Shown here piece by piece: positions 23,586 to 32,637 of a stretch of 47,355 nt of DNA. Made by a program: the position numbers and the translations under genes. Source of the DNA: a virus; IMG/VR virus record IMGVR_UViG_3300045988_109730. One strand, written 5' to 3'. How positions within the stretch are numbered: position 1 is the first letter of the stretch; each line of letters opens with the position of its first letter. The notes beneath the pieces are model-generated. The model was not told the origin of the DNA. It saw only the letters and a list, made by a program, of their open reading frames with translations, and made no database searches.

Positions 23586-23756
23586 ATGAAGCAAAGAGAC
23601 CTAGTGAAGAAACTTGAAAAAGCGGGTTTTGAATTTGCAAGACACGGAGGAAACCATGATATTTATAAGCGAGGGGATGATGAAGAAAAGATTCCACGAC
23701 ATCGCGAGATAAATGAAAGGTTAGCAAGAGCAATTTTAAGGAAATGGGGATTATAA
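23586..23756 (+). CDS. hicA: HicA-family mRNA interferase toxin (56 aa), not in the track
   Basis: MKQRDLVKKLEKAGFEFARHGGNHDIYKRGDDEEKIPRHREINERLARAILRKWGL. AAGGAGG RBS. Confidence 0.85.
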   Translation: MKQRDLVKKLEKAGFEFARHGGNHDIYKRGDDEEKIPRHREINERLARAILRKWGL

Positions 23757-23808
23757 AATCCCCTGTCCTTAACACATAATAGATATATTATAATAGGAGG
23801 AGAACGAA

Positions 23809-24249
23809 ATGAAAGGAGCATACCCAGTTATCTTTACAGATGTAGATACGAATATTTTAGTTGAAGTTCCGGATCTTGGAATTTTAACAGAAGCAAATGA
23901 AGAGGGTAAGGCAAAAGGAACCATTGCAGATGCGATAGAAATGGCAAGAGATGCAATCGGTTTAGCATGTATCAATTTACAGGATGAAAATAAACCAATA
24001 CCAGAACCTACACCAATAGCAGATGTTGACGTGACTAATGGAACGTTTGCAGAAGATGGAAAAGGAATTGTATCTTTAGTTGATGTTGATCTTACAGAGT
24101 ATAGAAGAGCGATCGATAATAAAATGGTTCGTAGAAATGTGACATTACCCAATTGGTTAAATCGAGAAGCAGAAGAAGCTCATATCAATGTATCTGGAGT
24201 ATTAAGAGAAGCATTGATGAGCGTACTTGGAGTAACAAAAGCTAGATAA
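23809..24249 (+). CDS. hicB: HicB-family antitoxin with C-terminal RHH DNA-binding domain
   Basis: N-terminal YPVIFT...VEVPDLGILTEA...AIEMARDAI. C-terminal RRNVTLPNWLNREAEEAHINVSGVLREAL. Confidence 0.85.
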   Translation: MKGAYPVIFTDVDTNILVEVPDLGILTEANEEGKAKGTIADAIEMARDAIGLACINLQDENKPIPEPTPIADVDVTNGTFAEDGKGIVSLVDVDLTEYRRAIDNKMVRRNVTLPNWLNREAEEAHINVSGVLREALMSVLGVTKAR

Positions 24250-24260
24250 TATAAAGAATC

Positions 24261-24283
24261 AAGCACCTTCGGGTGCTTTTTTC
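24261..24283 (+). terminator. Rho-independent terminator after hicB
   Basis: agcacc-ttcg-ggtgct followed by a T run. Confidence 0.85.
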
Positions 24284-24297
24284 GTACATAAATTTAA

Positions 24298-24373
24298 GGA
24301 CCACTAGCTCAGCAGGGAGAGCGGTCGGCTTATAACCGATGAACAGTCCAGGGTTCGAGTCCCTGGTGGTCCA
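24298..24373 (+). tRNA. tRNA with anticodon UAU (Ile, AUA codon); atypical 8-nt variable loop
   Basis: Hand-folded cloverleaf. Acceptor GGACCAC/GTGGTCC; D stem GCTC/GAGC; anticodon stem GTCGG/CCGAT with loop CTTATAA; T arm CAGGG-TTCGAGT-CCCTG; discriminator A. No encoded CCA. Confidence 0.7.
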
Positions 24374-24403
24374 TTTAAGAAATAAGAAAGAAGGTGGTAA
24401 TGT

Positions 24404-25279
24404 TTGAGTGAAGAAAAAAACTACATACTTGCAGAAGCCGACTATGTAGTGGGAATGAAATATAAAGACATTGCTGCCAAGTATGGAGTCTCGATCAACA
24501 CTGTAAAGTCATGGAAGAAACGATACGCATGGTCGAGAGATAAAAAGACAGAATGCATCCAAAAGGGGTGCACACAAAATAAAAAGGGTGCACACAAAAA
24601 AGAAGCCGTTGCAGAGGATGTAAGTCAGGTCGTGATCAACGATGAACTTACCGATCAGCAGCAGCTTTTTTGTTTGTATCAGTCTAGGATGTTTAATTAT
24701 ACGAAAGCTTACATGAAAGCTTATCCAGGATGTACTTATGCATCTGCTGCCGTATTAGGAAGCAGGCTTATGAAGAATCCAGTGATCAGAAAAGAGATTG
24801 AACAGCTAAAGCAGAATCATATGAACAGGGAACTGTTAAAGCAGGAAGATATCTTTCAAAAGTACATGGATATTGCGTTTGCAGATGTGACAGATTATGT
24901 ATCGTTTGGGCGAGAAAATATTCAAGTTATGGGTGCTTTTGGTCCAGTAATGGTAGAAAACAAAGAAACTGGAGAAAAAGAAGTCCTCGAAAAAGAAGTC
25001 AATACTGTGAAATTTAAACAATCTGAAGATGTTGATGGAACGTTGATCACGGAAGTGAAGCAAGGAAAAGACGGAGCGAGTATTAAGCTGGTTGATAAGA
25101 TGAAAGCTTTACAATGGCTTGCAGATCATATGGATATTGCTACAGTTGAACAGAAAGCTAAGATTGAGCAGATCAGAGCTAAGACAGAACAAATCAGACA
25201 CAGTGAAACTGATACAGGAGAAGATGCAGTTCAATCTTGGATGGATGCTGTAAAAAAAGCGAGGGAATCAGATGGATGA
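24404..25279 (+). CDS. terS: Terminase small subunit
   Basis: N-terminal HTH ([25 protein letters not shown]). Terminase_2-like core ([22 protein letters not shown]...[12 protein letters not shown]). TTG start. Confidence 0.8.
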   Translation: MSEEKNYILAEADYVVGMKYKDIAAKYGVSINTVKSWKKRYAWSRDKKTECIQKGCTQNKKGAHKKEAVAEDVSQVVINDELTDQQQLFCLYQSRMFNYTKAYMKAYPGCTYASAAVLGSRLMKNPVIRKEIEQLKQNHMNRELLKQEDIFQKYMDIAFADVTDYVSFGRENIQVMGAFGPVMVENKETGEKEVLEKEVNTVKFKQSEDVDGTLITEVKQGKDGASIKLVDKMKALQWLADHMDIATVEQKAKIEQIRAKTEQIRHSETDTGEDAVQSWMDAVKKARESDG

Positions 25280-26693
25280 TAGAGTATTACATGATTTCCT
25301 TGTAGAGAGTATTCCTTTATGGCAGCAGAATCCAGTTCAATTTTTTGAAGAAGTTCTTTCTTTTTATCCAGATGAATGGCAAAAAGAAGCAGCATTTGCT
25401 TTAAGAGATAATCCAAAAGTAACGATAAAATCCGGACAGGGTGTTGGAAAAACAGGATTTGAAGCTGCAACATTGTTATGGTTTTTAAGCTGTTTTGAGA
25501 ATGCAAGAGTTGTTGCAACAGCCCCAACACTGCACCAGTTGAACGATGTTCTATGGGCAGAGGTTTCAAAGTGGCAAAGTAAATCTCCGTTATTGAAGGA
25601 GATACTACAGTGGACCAAAACAAAAATATCTATGATTGGTAGCAAAGAACGTTGGTATGCAGTAGCAAGAACAGCAACCACTCCAGAAAATATGCAAGGA
25701 TTCCATGAAGATAATATGCTATTCATCGTTGATGAAGCTTCTGGTGTTGCAGATCCGATCATGGAAGCAATCTTAGGTACTCTGACAGGAGCCAATAATA
25801 AATTGCTGCTTTGTGGAAACCCGACAAAAGCAAGCGGTACATTTTACGACAGCCATACATCGGATCGTAAATTATATTATTGCATTACTGTAAACTCCGC
25901 AGAATCTAAAAGAACTAATAAAGACAACATTGATTCTCTGATCAGAAAATATGGAGAAGAAAGTAATGTTGTCAGAGTCAGAGTAAAAGGATTGTTTCCC
26001 AAACAGGATGATGATGTTTATATGCCCTTGGAAATGTTGGAAGCATCGATCATCTTGGAAGAGATACCACCAGCTGATATTTGCACTTTAGGAGTCGATG
26101 TGGCCCGCTTTGGTGACGATGACACAGTGATCGCAAGAAATATGAATAACAAGATCACACTAGAAAAGATTAGGCATGGTCAAGATCTAATGAAAACTGT
26201 AGGAGATGTTGTTGTAGAGTGTAGGAATATCAAGGAAAAGTTTAAATATAAAAAAACAATATATGTGATCATAGATGATACTGGTCTTGGTGGAGGGGTA
26301 ACAGATCGTTTGAATGAATTAAAATCGGAAGGAAAGCTATCTGGTGTGGTTATCGTTCCGGTTAATTTTTCTGCTGCCGTTCCAGACAAGAAAGCAGCAG
26401 AAAAATATCATGATATCACATCTTATGCATGGTCCATATTAAGAGATATGTTAGAAGAAAAAGAAGCAGTATTACCAAATGATACAGAGCTTATCGCACA
26501 ATTAAGTGCGAGAAAATATGATCTTAGTTCATCAGGGAAGATACGGCTAGAATCGAAAAAAGCAATGAAAGAACGCATCGGAGAGTCTCCGGACCGGGCG
26601 GATGCTGTTGTTTTATCTTGCTACAGAAACAAAATTAAACCAATCAGTGTTCCAGGAAGTGATGTTGGAACAAAAGATAGTTACTGGAGGTGA
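25272..26693 (+). CDS. terL: Terminase large subunit (PBSX/XtmB-like)
   Basis: Walker [10 protein letters not shown] and Walker B-like LFIVDEAS. C-terminal nuclease region. Follows terS. Confidence 0.9.
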   Translation: MDDRVLHDFLVESIPLWQQNPVQFFEEVLSFYPDEWQKEAAFALRDNPKVTIKSGQGVGKTGFEAATLLWFLSCFENARVVATAPTLHQLNDVLWAEVSKWQSKSPLLKEILQWTKTKISMIGSKERWYAVARTATTPENMQGFHEDNMLFIVDEASGVADPIMEAILGTLTGANNKLLLCGNPTKASGTFYDSHTSDRKLYYCITVNSAESKRTNKDNIDSLIRKYGEESNVVRVRVKGLFPKQDDDVYMPLEMLEASIILEEIPPADICTLGVDVARFGDDDTVIARNMNNKITLEKIRHGQDLMKTVGDVVVECRNIKEKFKYKKTIYVIIDDTGLGGGVTDRLNELKSEGKLSGVVIVPVNFSAAVPDKKAAEKYHDITSYAWSILRDMLEEKEAVLPNDTELIAQLSARKYDLSSSGKIRLESKKAMKERIGESPDRADAVVLSCYRNKIKPISVPGSDVGTKDSYWR

Positions 26694-26700
26694 AATAGCA

Positions 26701-28089
26701 TTGTATGATGAAATAGGTCGCATCGGTCAAAATCGGTGGGGCGGTAGCTTTTACGAAGAATTTCTCCCAGAGTTGAGAGGACAACGAGGAGTAAAGGTAT
26801 ATACGGAAATGGAGTCTAACGATGATGTAATCGGAGCGATCATATTTGCGTTGGATACATTGCTTAGACAGGCACAGTTTTCCGTAGAGCCACAGGGAGA
26901 CGATCAAAAGGATATAGAGGCAGCGGAGTTCGTTGAGTCTTGCATGGATGATATGCAGAGCACATGGACTGACACAGTATCGGAAATATTATCATTCCTT
27001 ACATATGGTTGGTCATATCATGAGATCGTATATAAGAGGAGATCAGGGCGAACAGGAAACCCTAAGACGAACAGCAAATATGACGATGGTTTGATTGGAT
27101 GGAGAAAGCTTCCTATCCGATCACAGGATTCGTTGTATCAATGGGAGTATGACGATGAAGACAACCTAATTGGCATGACGCAGATGCCGCCGCCAAATTT
27201 TGGACTTTATACGATTCCGCTGGAAAAGGCAATCCATTTCAGAACCCGATCCAGAAAAGGAAATCCAGAAGGAAGGAGTATCCTGAGAAATGCTTATCGT
27301 TCCTGGTACTTTAAAAAAGGGATTCAGGAATTTGAAGGGATCGGGATTGAAAGAGATCTCGCTGGTATACCGATGGTCACGCCACCAGAAGGTGTTGACT
27401 TGTATAATCCAGATGATCCCGAAGGCTCAAGAATGTTAACCTGGGCTTATAGTTTGGTAAAGAATGTCCGACAAGACAAAAGTGCTGGAATCGTGTTACC
27501 ACCGGGATTTAAGTTCGAGCTTGTTTCCACAGGTGGAAGCAGACAAATTGATACGAACGAGATTATAAATCGTTATGATAGCCGCATAGCAATGACAACG
27601 CTTGCGGATTTTATTCTGTTGGGGCATGAACACACTGGATCATTTGCATTGTCCGATGATAAGACAGAGTTATTTGCTATAGCTATTGGATCATACCTTG
27701 ACATTATCTGTGAAGCGTTTAATAACCAAGCGATCCCAAGATTGATTGATCTAAACGGAGAACATTTCAAGGGGATCACAGACTACCCGAAGATGGTTCA
27801 CGGAGATATTGAAAAGATCGACATGAACAAATTAGCACAGTACATCCAGACGATGGTTGGCACTGGTGTATTGATTCCAGACGACGAATTGGAAACATAT
27901 GTTCGAGAAGCCGCTAATTTGCCACCAAAGGTAGCTAACGATGAAAGATTCATTGATCCTGACAGAGAAGATCAGCAGACAAACGATCTTGGATCACAGG
28001 GAAATAATGTACACCCAGAGAACAATCAGGACGTTGCCGAAGATGATGGAAAGGTACAGGAAGCCAAGAAACGATTAGGAAGGAGCTGA
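26701..28089 (+). CDS. Portal protein
   Basis: Size and position (between terL and the MuF-like protein). TTG start 8 nt after GGAGGTG. The track start at 26602 lies inside terL. Confidence 0.7.
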   Translation: MYDEIGRIGQNRWGGSFYEEFLPELRGQRGVKVYTEMESNDDVIGAIIFALDTLLRQAQFSVEPQGDDQKDIEAAEFVESCMDDMQSTWTDTVSEILSFLTYGWSYHEIVYKRRSGRTGNPKTNSKYDDGLIGWRKLPIRSQDSLYQWEYDDEDNLIGMTQMPPPNFGLYTIPLEKAIHFRTRSRKGNPEGRSILRNAYRSWYFKKGIQEFEGIGIERDLAGIPMVTPPEGVDLYNPDDPEGSRMLTWAYSLVKNVRQDKSAGIVLPPGFKFELVSTGGSRQIDTNEIINRYDSRIAMTTLADFILLGHEHTGSFALSDDKTELFAIAIGSYLDIICEAFNNQAIPRLIDLNGEHFKGITDYPKMVHGDIEKIDMNKLAQYIQTMVGTGVLIPDDELETYVREAANLPPKVANDERFIDPDREDQQTNDLGSQGNNVHPENNQDVAEDDGKVQEAKKRLGRS

Positions 28090-28093
28090 TTAT

Positions 28094-29587
28094 ATGTTCC
28101 TATTCCGAAAGGTTAAGAAGCGTGGATCGATGAAGCCAAATGATGTGAAAGAAGCATTAGAGAGGTTTCTTAATAGCAGCAGTCCAGAATTAACACGCTT
28201 GCTGGTCAGGTATTGGAAGGATCAGCAGACGGTTTTTACATTTAAAGAGATCAGAGAAGCTATTCAGGCTGGTGTGATCTCCAAGAAATCTGTAGAAGAA
28301 TGGCAACAGGATTATTCAAAACTGGTTCATGATAAGATTGTACCAGAGATGGTTAAAGCAATGAAAGCTGGTGCTAAAAATCAAAACCAGCACAAAGGAA
28401 TAGACATTGGATATAAATTTGATGCAGATCATTGGGCGGTATCTGATTGGTTGGAAAATCACACAGCTGAGCTTGTAACGAATTGTACAAGGGTACAGAA
28501 AGATGCAATTCAGTCAATGATCGATATCGGAATAAGAAAACATATGGGAACAGATGAGCTTGCAAGGTTTATCCGTCCCTGTATTGGTTTAACAAAGCCA
28601 CAGACTCAGGCAGCTATGAAGTATTATGAGACGATCAAGGCAGAGTTGGAGAAGAAACACCCAAGAACAAAGCCAGAAAAGATTGAACAGATGGCAAGAA
28701 ACAAGCAGATGAAGTATGCAGAACGTCAGCTCAGAGAAAGAGCAAAGACGATCGCACAGACCGAAAGAGCGTTTGCATATGAGTATGGCAGATATCAGCA
28801 TATAAAGAATCTTGTCGATCAAGGCATATTGCCACCACAGGATAAAAAATGGTCTGCAACGGACAGTGAGAATACATGCAGCACATGTAGAGAACTGAAC
28901 GGCAAAGTTGTTGGAATGGACGAAGAATTCACTCCAAGAAAGTTGCTTCCGCCACTGCATCCGAGGTGTAAATGCTGTGTGATGTATGTCGATTCAAAAT
29001 CTATGGCAGCAGCGTATGAAGCAGAAGATGATGAACTGAGAGAGTACACTACAGAAGAAATAGAAACTTATGCTGGTAAAATGTCAGAGATCGCAGATAA
29101 ACATCTTGATCTTGAAAACTCCTGGAGTGGAAAGGTCGTAGTCGATGATAATTCTGGTATTTATGGAATCCAGTGGAACGGAGATATTATAACCAGACAT
29201 GAAACAGCCCCACATATTTTGTTACATGAACAGTTACACGCTAGATCAGTTACAAAATATGATCGTAAAATGTATAAACAGTATGAGAACATGGAAGAGG
29301 GTTCGGTACAGTTTGCAGCACAGGAGATTAGCAAGAAAGAGAATATACAAATTCTTGAATCACAGTACGATCATATGACAGAAGCTTTAAGAAATATAAA
29401 TAAAGTTGCTGGGTTATTTAAAAATGATTATGATTTTGCAATGAAGCTTATTTCTGTTCCGTTACCAGATAGGTATGACTGGCTGAATAATATGATCTAT
29501 GATAAAATGATGTTATCAGGAAATATTGAAGATTATCAGAAGGTATCGCACTGGATGGAGGCTTTAGAAAATGGAAAAACATCTTGA
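28094..29587 (+). CDS. Head morphogenesis protein (SPP1 gp7 / Mu F family) with ~190-aa C-terminal extension carrying HExxH
   Basis: MuF core ...RAKTIAQTERAFAYEYG...CSTCRELNGKVV...PPLHPRCKCCV. The extension contains ILLHEQLHARS. Confidence 0.8.
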   Translation: MFLFRKVKKRGSMKPNDVKEALERFLNSSSPELTRLLVRYWKDQQTVFTFKEIREAIQAGVISKKSVEEWQQDYSKLVHDKIVPEMVKAMKAGAKNQNQHKGIDIGYKFDADHWAVSDWLENHTAELVTNCTRVQKDAIQSMIDIGIRKHMGTDELARFIRPCIGLTKPQTQAAMKYYETIKAELEKKHPRTKPEKIEQMARNKQMKYAERQLRERAKTIAQTERAFAYEYGRYQHIKNLVDQGILPPQDKKWSATDSENTCSTCRELNGKVVGMDEEFTPRKLLPPLHPRCKCCVMYVDSKSMAAAYEAEDDELREYTTEEIETYAGKMSEIADKHLDLENSWSGKVVVDDNSGIYGIQWNGDIITRHETAPHILLHEQLHARSVTKYDRKMYKQYENMEEGSVQFAAQEISKKENIQILESQYDHMTEALRNINKVAGLFKNDYDFAMKLISVPLPDRYDWLNNMIYDKMMLSGNIEDYQKVSHWMEALENGKTS

Positions 29588-29819
29588 ATTAAAAGAAAGA
29601 TTCGATCAGCTAATGAAACAAGATATGGATGTATCAGAACACGAACAAGAATGGTTTGAATTACTGGACGACATGCATGAATGGTTAAAGGATAAGACAA
29701 TTCCGAGAAATATTCGTAGGCAGTTTGAACCTTTAGGGATGTTAGAAGTAACTATGAAAATCTGTGATGGAATCCATTATGCAAATGGAACTGGACGATA
29801 TGCAAAGAAAGAAGAATGA
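29571..29819 (+). CDS. Hypothetical protein (candidate partner of the MuF C-terminal domain)
   Basis: Overlaps the MuF 3' end by 17 nt. Acidic, 82 aa. Confidence 0.55.
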   Translation: MEKHLELKERFDQLMKQDMDVSEHEQEWFELLDDMHEWLKDKTIPRNIRRQFEPLGMLEVTMKICDGIHYANGTGRYAKKEE

Positions 29820-30118
29820 TGAAGTACAAAGCAATAGAGCAGACAGTTCAGGCAGTGCAGATCACACCTGATATTGAGATGATCGCCCCTGACTGGTTCA
29901 CAAAGAAAATGAATACCGAAGAAATTATGATAGATCGTACACAGCGTGACGGAGCAATCTCCGTTATTGGATGTACGATCTATTTTAATGCACGGAAATA
30001 TAAAGGCAGCAGACTTGTTGCAAGAATAGGAGACTACGTTGTAAAAGATTCAGTCGGTCGGTTGAATGTAGTTCGCAAGAAAGACTTTGATCGGCTGTAT
30101 AAGAAGGAGGAAGCATGA
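29816..30118 (+). CDS. Hypothetical protein
   Basis: ATGA overlaps on both sides. Confidence 0.6.
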   Translation: MMKYKAIEQTVQAVQITPDIEMIAPDWFTKKMNTEEIMIDRTQRDGAISVIGCTIYFNARKYKGSRLVARIGDYVVKDSVGRLNVVRKKDFDRLYKKEEA

Positions 30119-30579
30119 GATATTTTAACGATTATATACGATCCCCAGCACAGACACAGGACAGTATACGAAAGTCCTTGAATCGAGTAGATATTACTAA
30201 GAAGGACGAAGAAAAGCAGTACGTCTTTGGATGGGCTAAGATTGCAGTCGATGAGAATGGAAATCAGCTGGTTGACCGCCAGAACGATTTAATTGATCCG
30301 GAAGAACTAGAACAGACAGCATATACCTATGTAGAGTTCTATCGTGAAGCAGGAGAGATGCACGAGCGAGGCGGTGCAGGCGTTTTAATCGAGAGTATTA
30401 TATTCACTAAGGAAAAGATGAAAACTCTTGGTATAGAGGAAGGTACGTTGCCAGAGGGCTGGTGGGTTGGATTCCATATCACAGACGATGAAGTATGGGC
30501 AAAGATCAAAGACGGAACTTATACGATGTTCAGTATTGAGGGCAAAGCGAAACGTATTGAAGTCGAGGAGGAAGAATGA
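30115..30579 (+). CDS. XkdF-like putative phage serine protease
   Basis: KQYVFGWAKIAVDENGNQLVDRQNDLIDPEELEQTAYTYV...GEMHE...FSIEG. Confidence 0.65.
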   Translation: MRYFNDYIRSPAQTQDSIRKSLNRVDITKKDEEKQYVFGWAKIAVDENGNQLVDRQNDLIDPEELEQTAYTYVEFYREAGEMHERGGAGVLIESIIFTKEKMKTLGIEEGTLPEGWWVGFHITDDEVWAKIKDGTYTMFSIEGKAKRIEVEEEE

Positions 30580-31004
30580 TGGACAAATATATTGGTGCAA
30601 AATTGATTCAGGCAGAACCAGAAAGAAATCCGGTCACAAAGGAAATCACAGGATACAAGGTTGTATACCCAGATGGGTACGAATCATGGTCTCCGAAAGA
30701 TGTTTTTGAGAAAGCATATATGAAAGTGAATGATAATAAAAATCTTCCATCTGGAGTAAGTATCGGACCAGAAATGGTCGATGATTTTATTGCATCTACG
30801 GAGACAATCACGATGGGAGAGACAACAACAGTTGTTCGTTGTGTGCTTCGAAATGGTTTTGATATCGTGGAATCATCTTCGTGTGTTGATCCAAAGAATT
30901 ACGATGAAAAGATCGGCAAAGATATTTGCATGGGAAGTATCAAAAACAAGATCTGGGAACTGTTAGGATTTTTGCTGCAACAGGCGTGGCAAGGAATTAA
31001 CTAG
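30576..31004 (+). CDS. Gp49/Gp66-family-like phage protein
   Basis: C-terminal TTTVVRCVLRNGFDIVESSSCVDPKNYDEKIGKDICMGSIKNKIWELLGF. The family call is from memory. Confidence 0.5.
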   Translation: MMDKYIGAKLIQAEPERNPVTKEITGYKVVYPDGYESWSPKDVFEKAYMKVNDNKNLPSGVSIGPEMVDDFIASTETITMGETTTVVRCVLRNGFDIVESSSCVDPKNYDEKIGKDICMGSIKNKIWELLGFLLQQAWQGIN

Positions 31005-31057
31005 GAGATGATCGCATTCTTAAGATTAAGAAATCACACCGACAGGATGAATGGATC

Positions 31058-31270
31058 GTGTACAATCCTGATTGCTTTGAATTGCATCATACGCACTGTA
31101 GGAATAAAAGAGTTGCGATCGCAATCAAGAAGAACGTGGAACGTAGAAGAGTTCCAACATCCAGAAATCTAAGAACCTTGGAAAGTCACATAAGACTGAC
31201 AGGGAACAAGAACTATAAAAGAAAGATTCAGAAGATCATTGAAGAAGTAAAATCTGAAAGGAAAAACTGA
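31058..31270 (+). CDS. Basic hypothetical protein
   Basis: ORF with a GTG start. Weak support. Confidence 0.35.
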   Translation: MYNPDCFELHHTHCRNKRVAIAIKKNVERRRVPTSRNLRTLESHIRLTGNKNYKRKIQKIIEEVKSERKN

Positions 31271-31345
31271 AATTTAGTCTTAAATTAGTTAAAAATTAAG
31301 CTAAATCTAAAATTTAGTTCAAAAAATAGCTAAATAGTTCAATTA

Positions 31346-31397
31346 ATAGACCAACTAAGGACCATTTTGCAAAAAATGCAAATTGGTCTATTTTTTG
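31346..31397 (+). terminator. Rho-independent terminator (long compound hairpin plus T6)
   Basis: atagaccaa...ttggtctat with inner ttgca-aaaaa-tgcaa, followed by tttttt. Confidence 0.7.
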
Positions 31398-31400
31398 TGT

Positions 31401-31470
31401 TTGAAACTGCACTTTGCGTTTTTGAAACTGCACTTTGCGTTTTTGAAACTCGAATAATCGTGTTGAAACT
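31401..31470 (+). promoter_or_regulatory. Four phased TTGAAACT boxes (21/21/20-bp spacing) upstream of the head operon
   Basis: Boxes at 31401, 31422, 31443 and 31463. The first two lie in an exact 21-bp tandem repeat (ttgaaactgcactttgcgttt). Confidence 0.6.
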
Positions 31471-31499
31471 CGAAAAAGTGTCGTTAGAAAGGAGGAAAC

Positions 31500-32618
31500 A
31501 TGAAAACAAAAGGAAAGACAAAGCTGGAAGATCTGGAAGTAAAAAAGATCGATGCAGTAGACATCGGAGCAGATCAGAAAGCAAATATCCTGATTAAAAA
31601 GAGAGGAGGTGCAGAAGAACCGAAGGGAAACTTTTTCAAGCGATTCTTTAATGCGTTTTGTGACAGCTTAGGAGTAAATTCAGAAGATGTCAGAAAGTCC
31701 ATGGAAGATGAAGCAACATCATTTGATGATGTAATGAATGAAAAGAAGATCTACGACGTGAGGGATCAGATCTGGAATGCCTGCAACTCTCTGGAGCAGT
31801 CGATTGTATCAATTCTACTCGATAAAGAGTGTGAGGATAAACAGGCAGCAATCGCACAGAGCATTGATCAGTTTAAGGCATTTTCGGATGATGCATCCAA
31901 GTCTTGGATCAAATTAGAACGTGCAGCAACAGACAAAGAAGATACTGTTGTTGCGGATGATTTTGAGATCGCAAAAATGCAAGAGGTAATTGAGAAATCT
32001 TGCGATCCTGAAACTATTAACAAAGAAAAAGAAGAAAAGGAGAATGAAATGGCATTTGATATTTCAAATATGACAGAGGAAGAAAAGAAAGAAGCATTAA
32101 AAGCATTACAGGATGATGCAAATGCAAAAAAAGAGGATACTGCAAAAAGAGCTGATATTGATGGACAGGTTCAGGAAGCAGTGAATAAAGCAATGGAAGG
32201 TGTTACAAAGGACTTCACTTCTATGATGAAGAAGATCATGGAACCAATCCAGAAGAGAGCAGAGGAAGCAGAACAGAAGTCCTTAGAAGAAGTTGCTAAG
32301 AAGTATGAACTCTTAGGAACAAAAGCAGAGGAATTAGTGCCAGTTCTGAAATCCATGAAAGCAACATCCGATGAAGCGTATAACAACTTCATTGCATCCA
32401 TGGATAACAACCTTGCGGTAATTCAGAAATCAGGTCTGTTTGAGGAAATCGGTAAATCTGGTGGAGCTCACACAGGAAATGACGATACAGAAGGTGTTGC
32501 AAAGATGAACGCAAAGGTAGCAGAGATCAAAAAGTCTATGCCAAACCTTACTGATGCACAGGCACAGGATATCGTTATGCAGAATGATCCTGAATTAAGA
32601 GCAATGTTCGATAAATAA
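31500..32618 (+). CDS. Probable scaffolding protein
   Basis: Acidic, coiled-coil rich. Strong RBS AAAGGAGG. Lies upstream of the decoration and major capsid genes. Confidence 0.55.
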   Translation: MKTKGKTKLEDLEVKKIDAVDIGADQKANILIKKRGGAEEPKGNFFKRFFNAFCDSLGVNSEDVRKSMEDEATSFDDVMNEKKIYDVRDQIWNACNSLEQSIVSILLDKECEDKQAAIAQSIDQFKAFSDDASKSWIKLERAATDKEDTVVADDFEIAKMQEVIEKSCDPETINKEKEEKENEMAFDISNMTEEEKKEALKALQDDANAKKEDTAKRADIDGQVQEAVNKAMEGVTKDFTSMMKKIMEPIQKRAEEAEQKSLEEVAKKYELLGTKAEELVPVLKSMKATSDEAYNNFIASMDNNLAVIQKSGLFEEIGKSGGAHTGNDDTEGVAKMNAKVAEIKKSMPNLTDAQAQDIVMQNDPELRAMFDK

Positions 32619-32637
32619 GAAAGGAGGTACAGAGAAG

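Noticed and set aside
26602-26700. Portal start at 26602, inside terL
   Set aside because: It would give a 92-nt overlap with terL and has no RBS. The TTG at 26701 follows GGAGGTG by 8 nt. The ATG at 26662 remains a weaker alternative.
31339-31597. ORFs 31367-31597 (+) and 31339-31584 (-), and the 21-bp repeats as a mini-CRISPR array
   Set aside because: The ORFs are translations of the repeat array and terminator. There are only two exact repeats, directly abutting with no spacers, and no cas genes, so this is not CRISPR.
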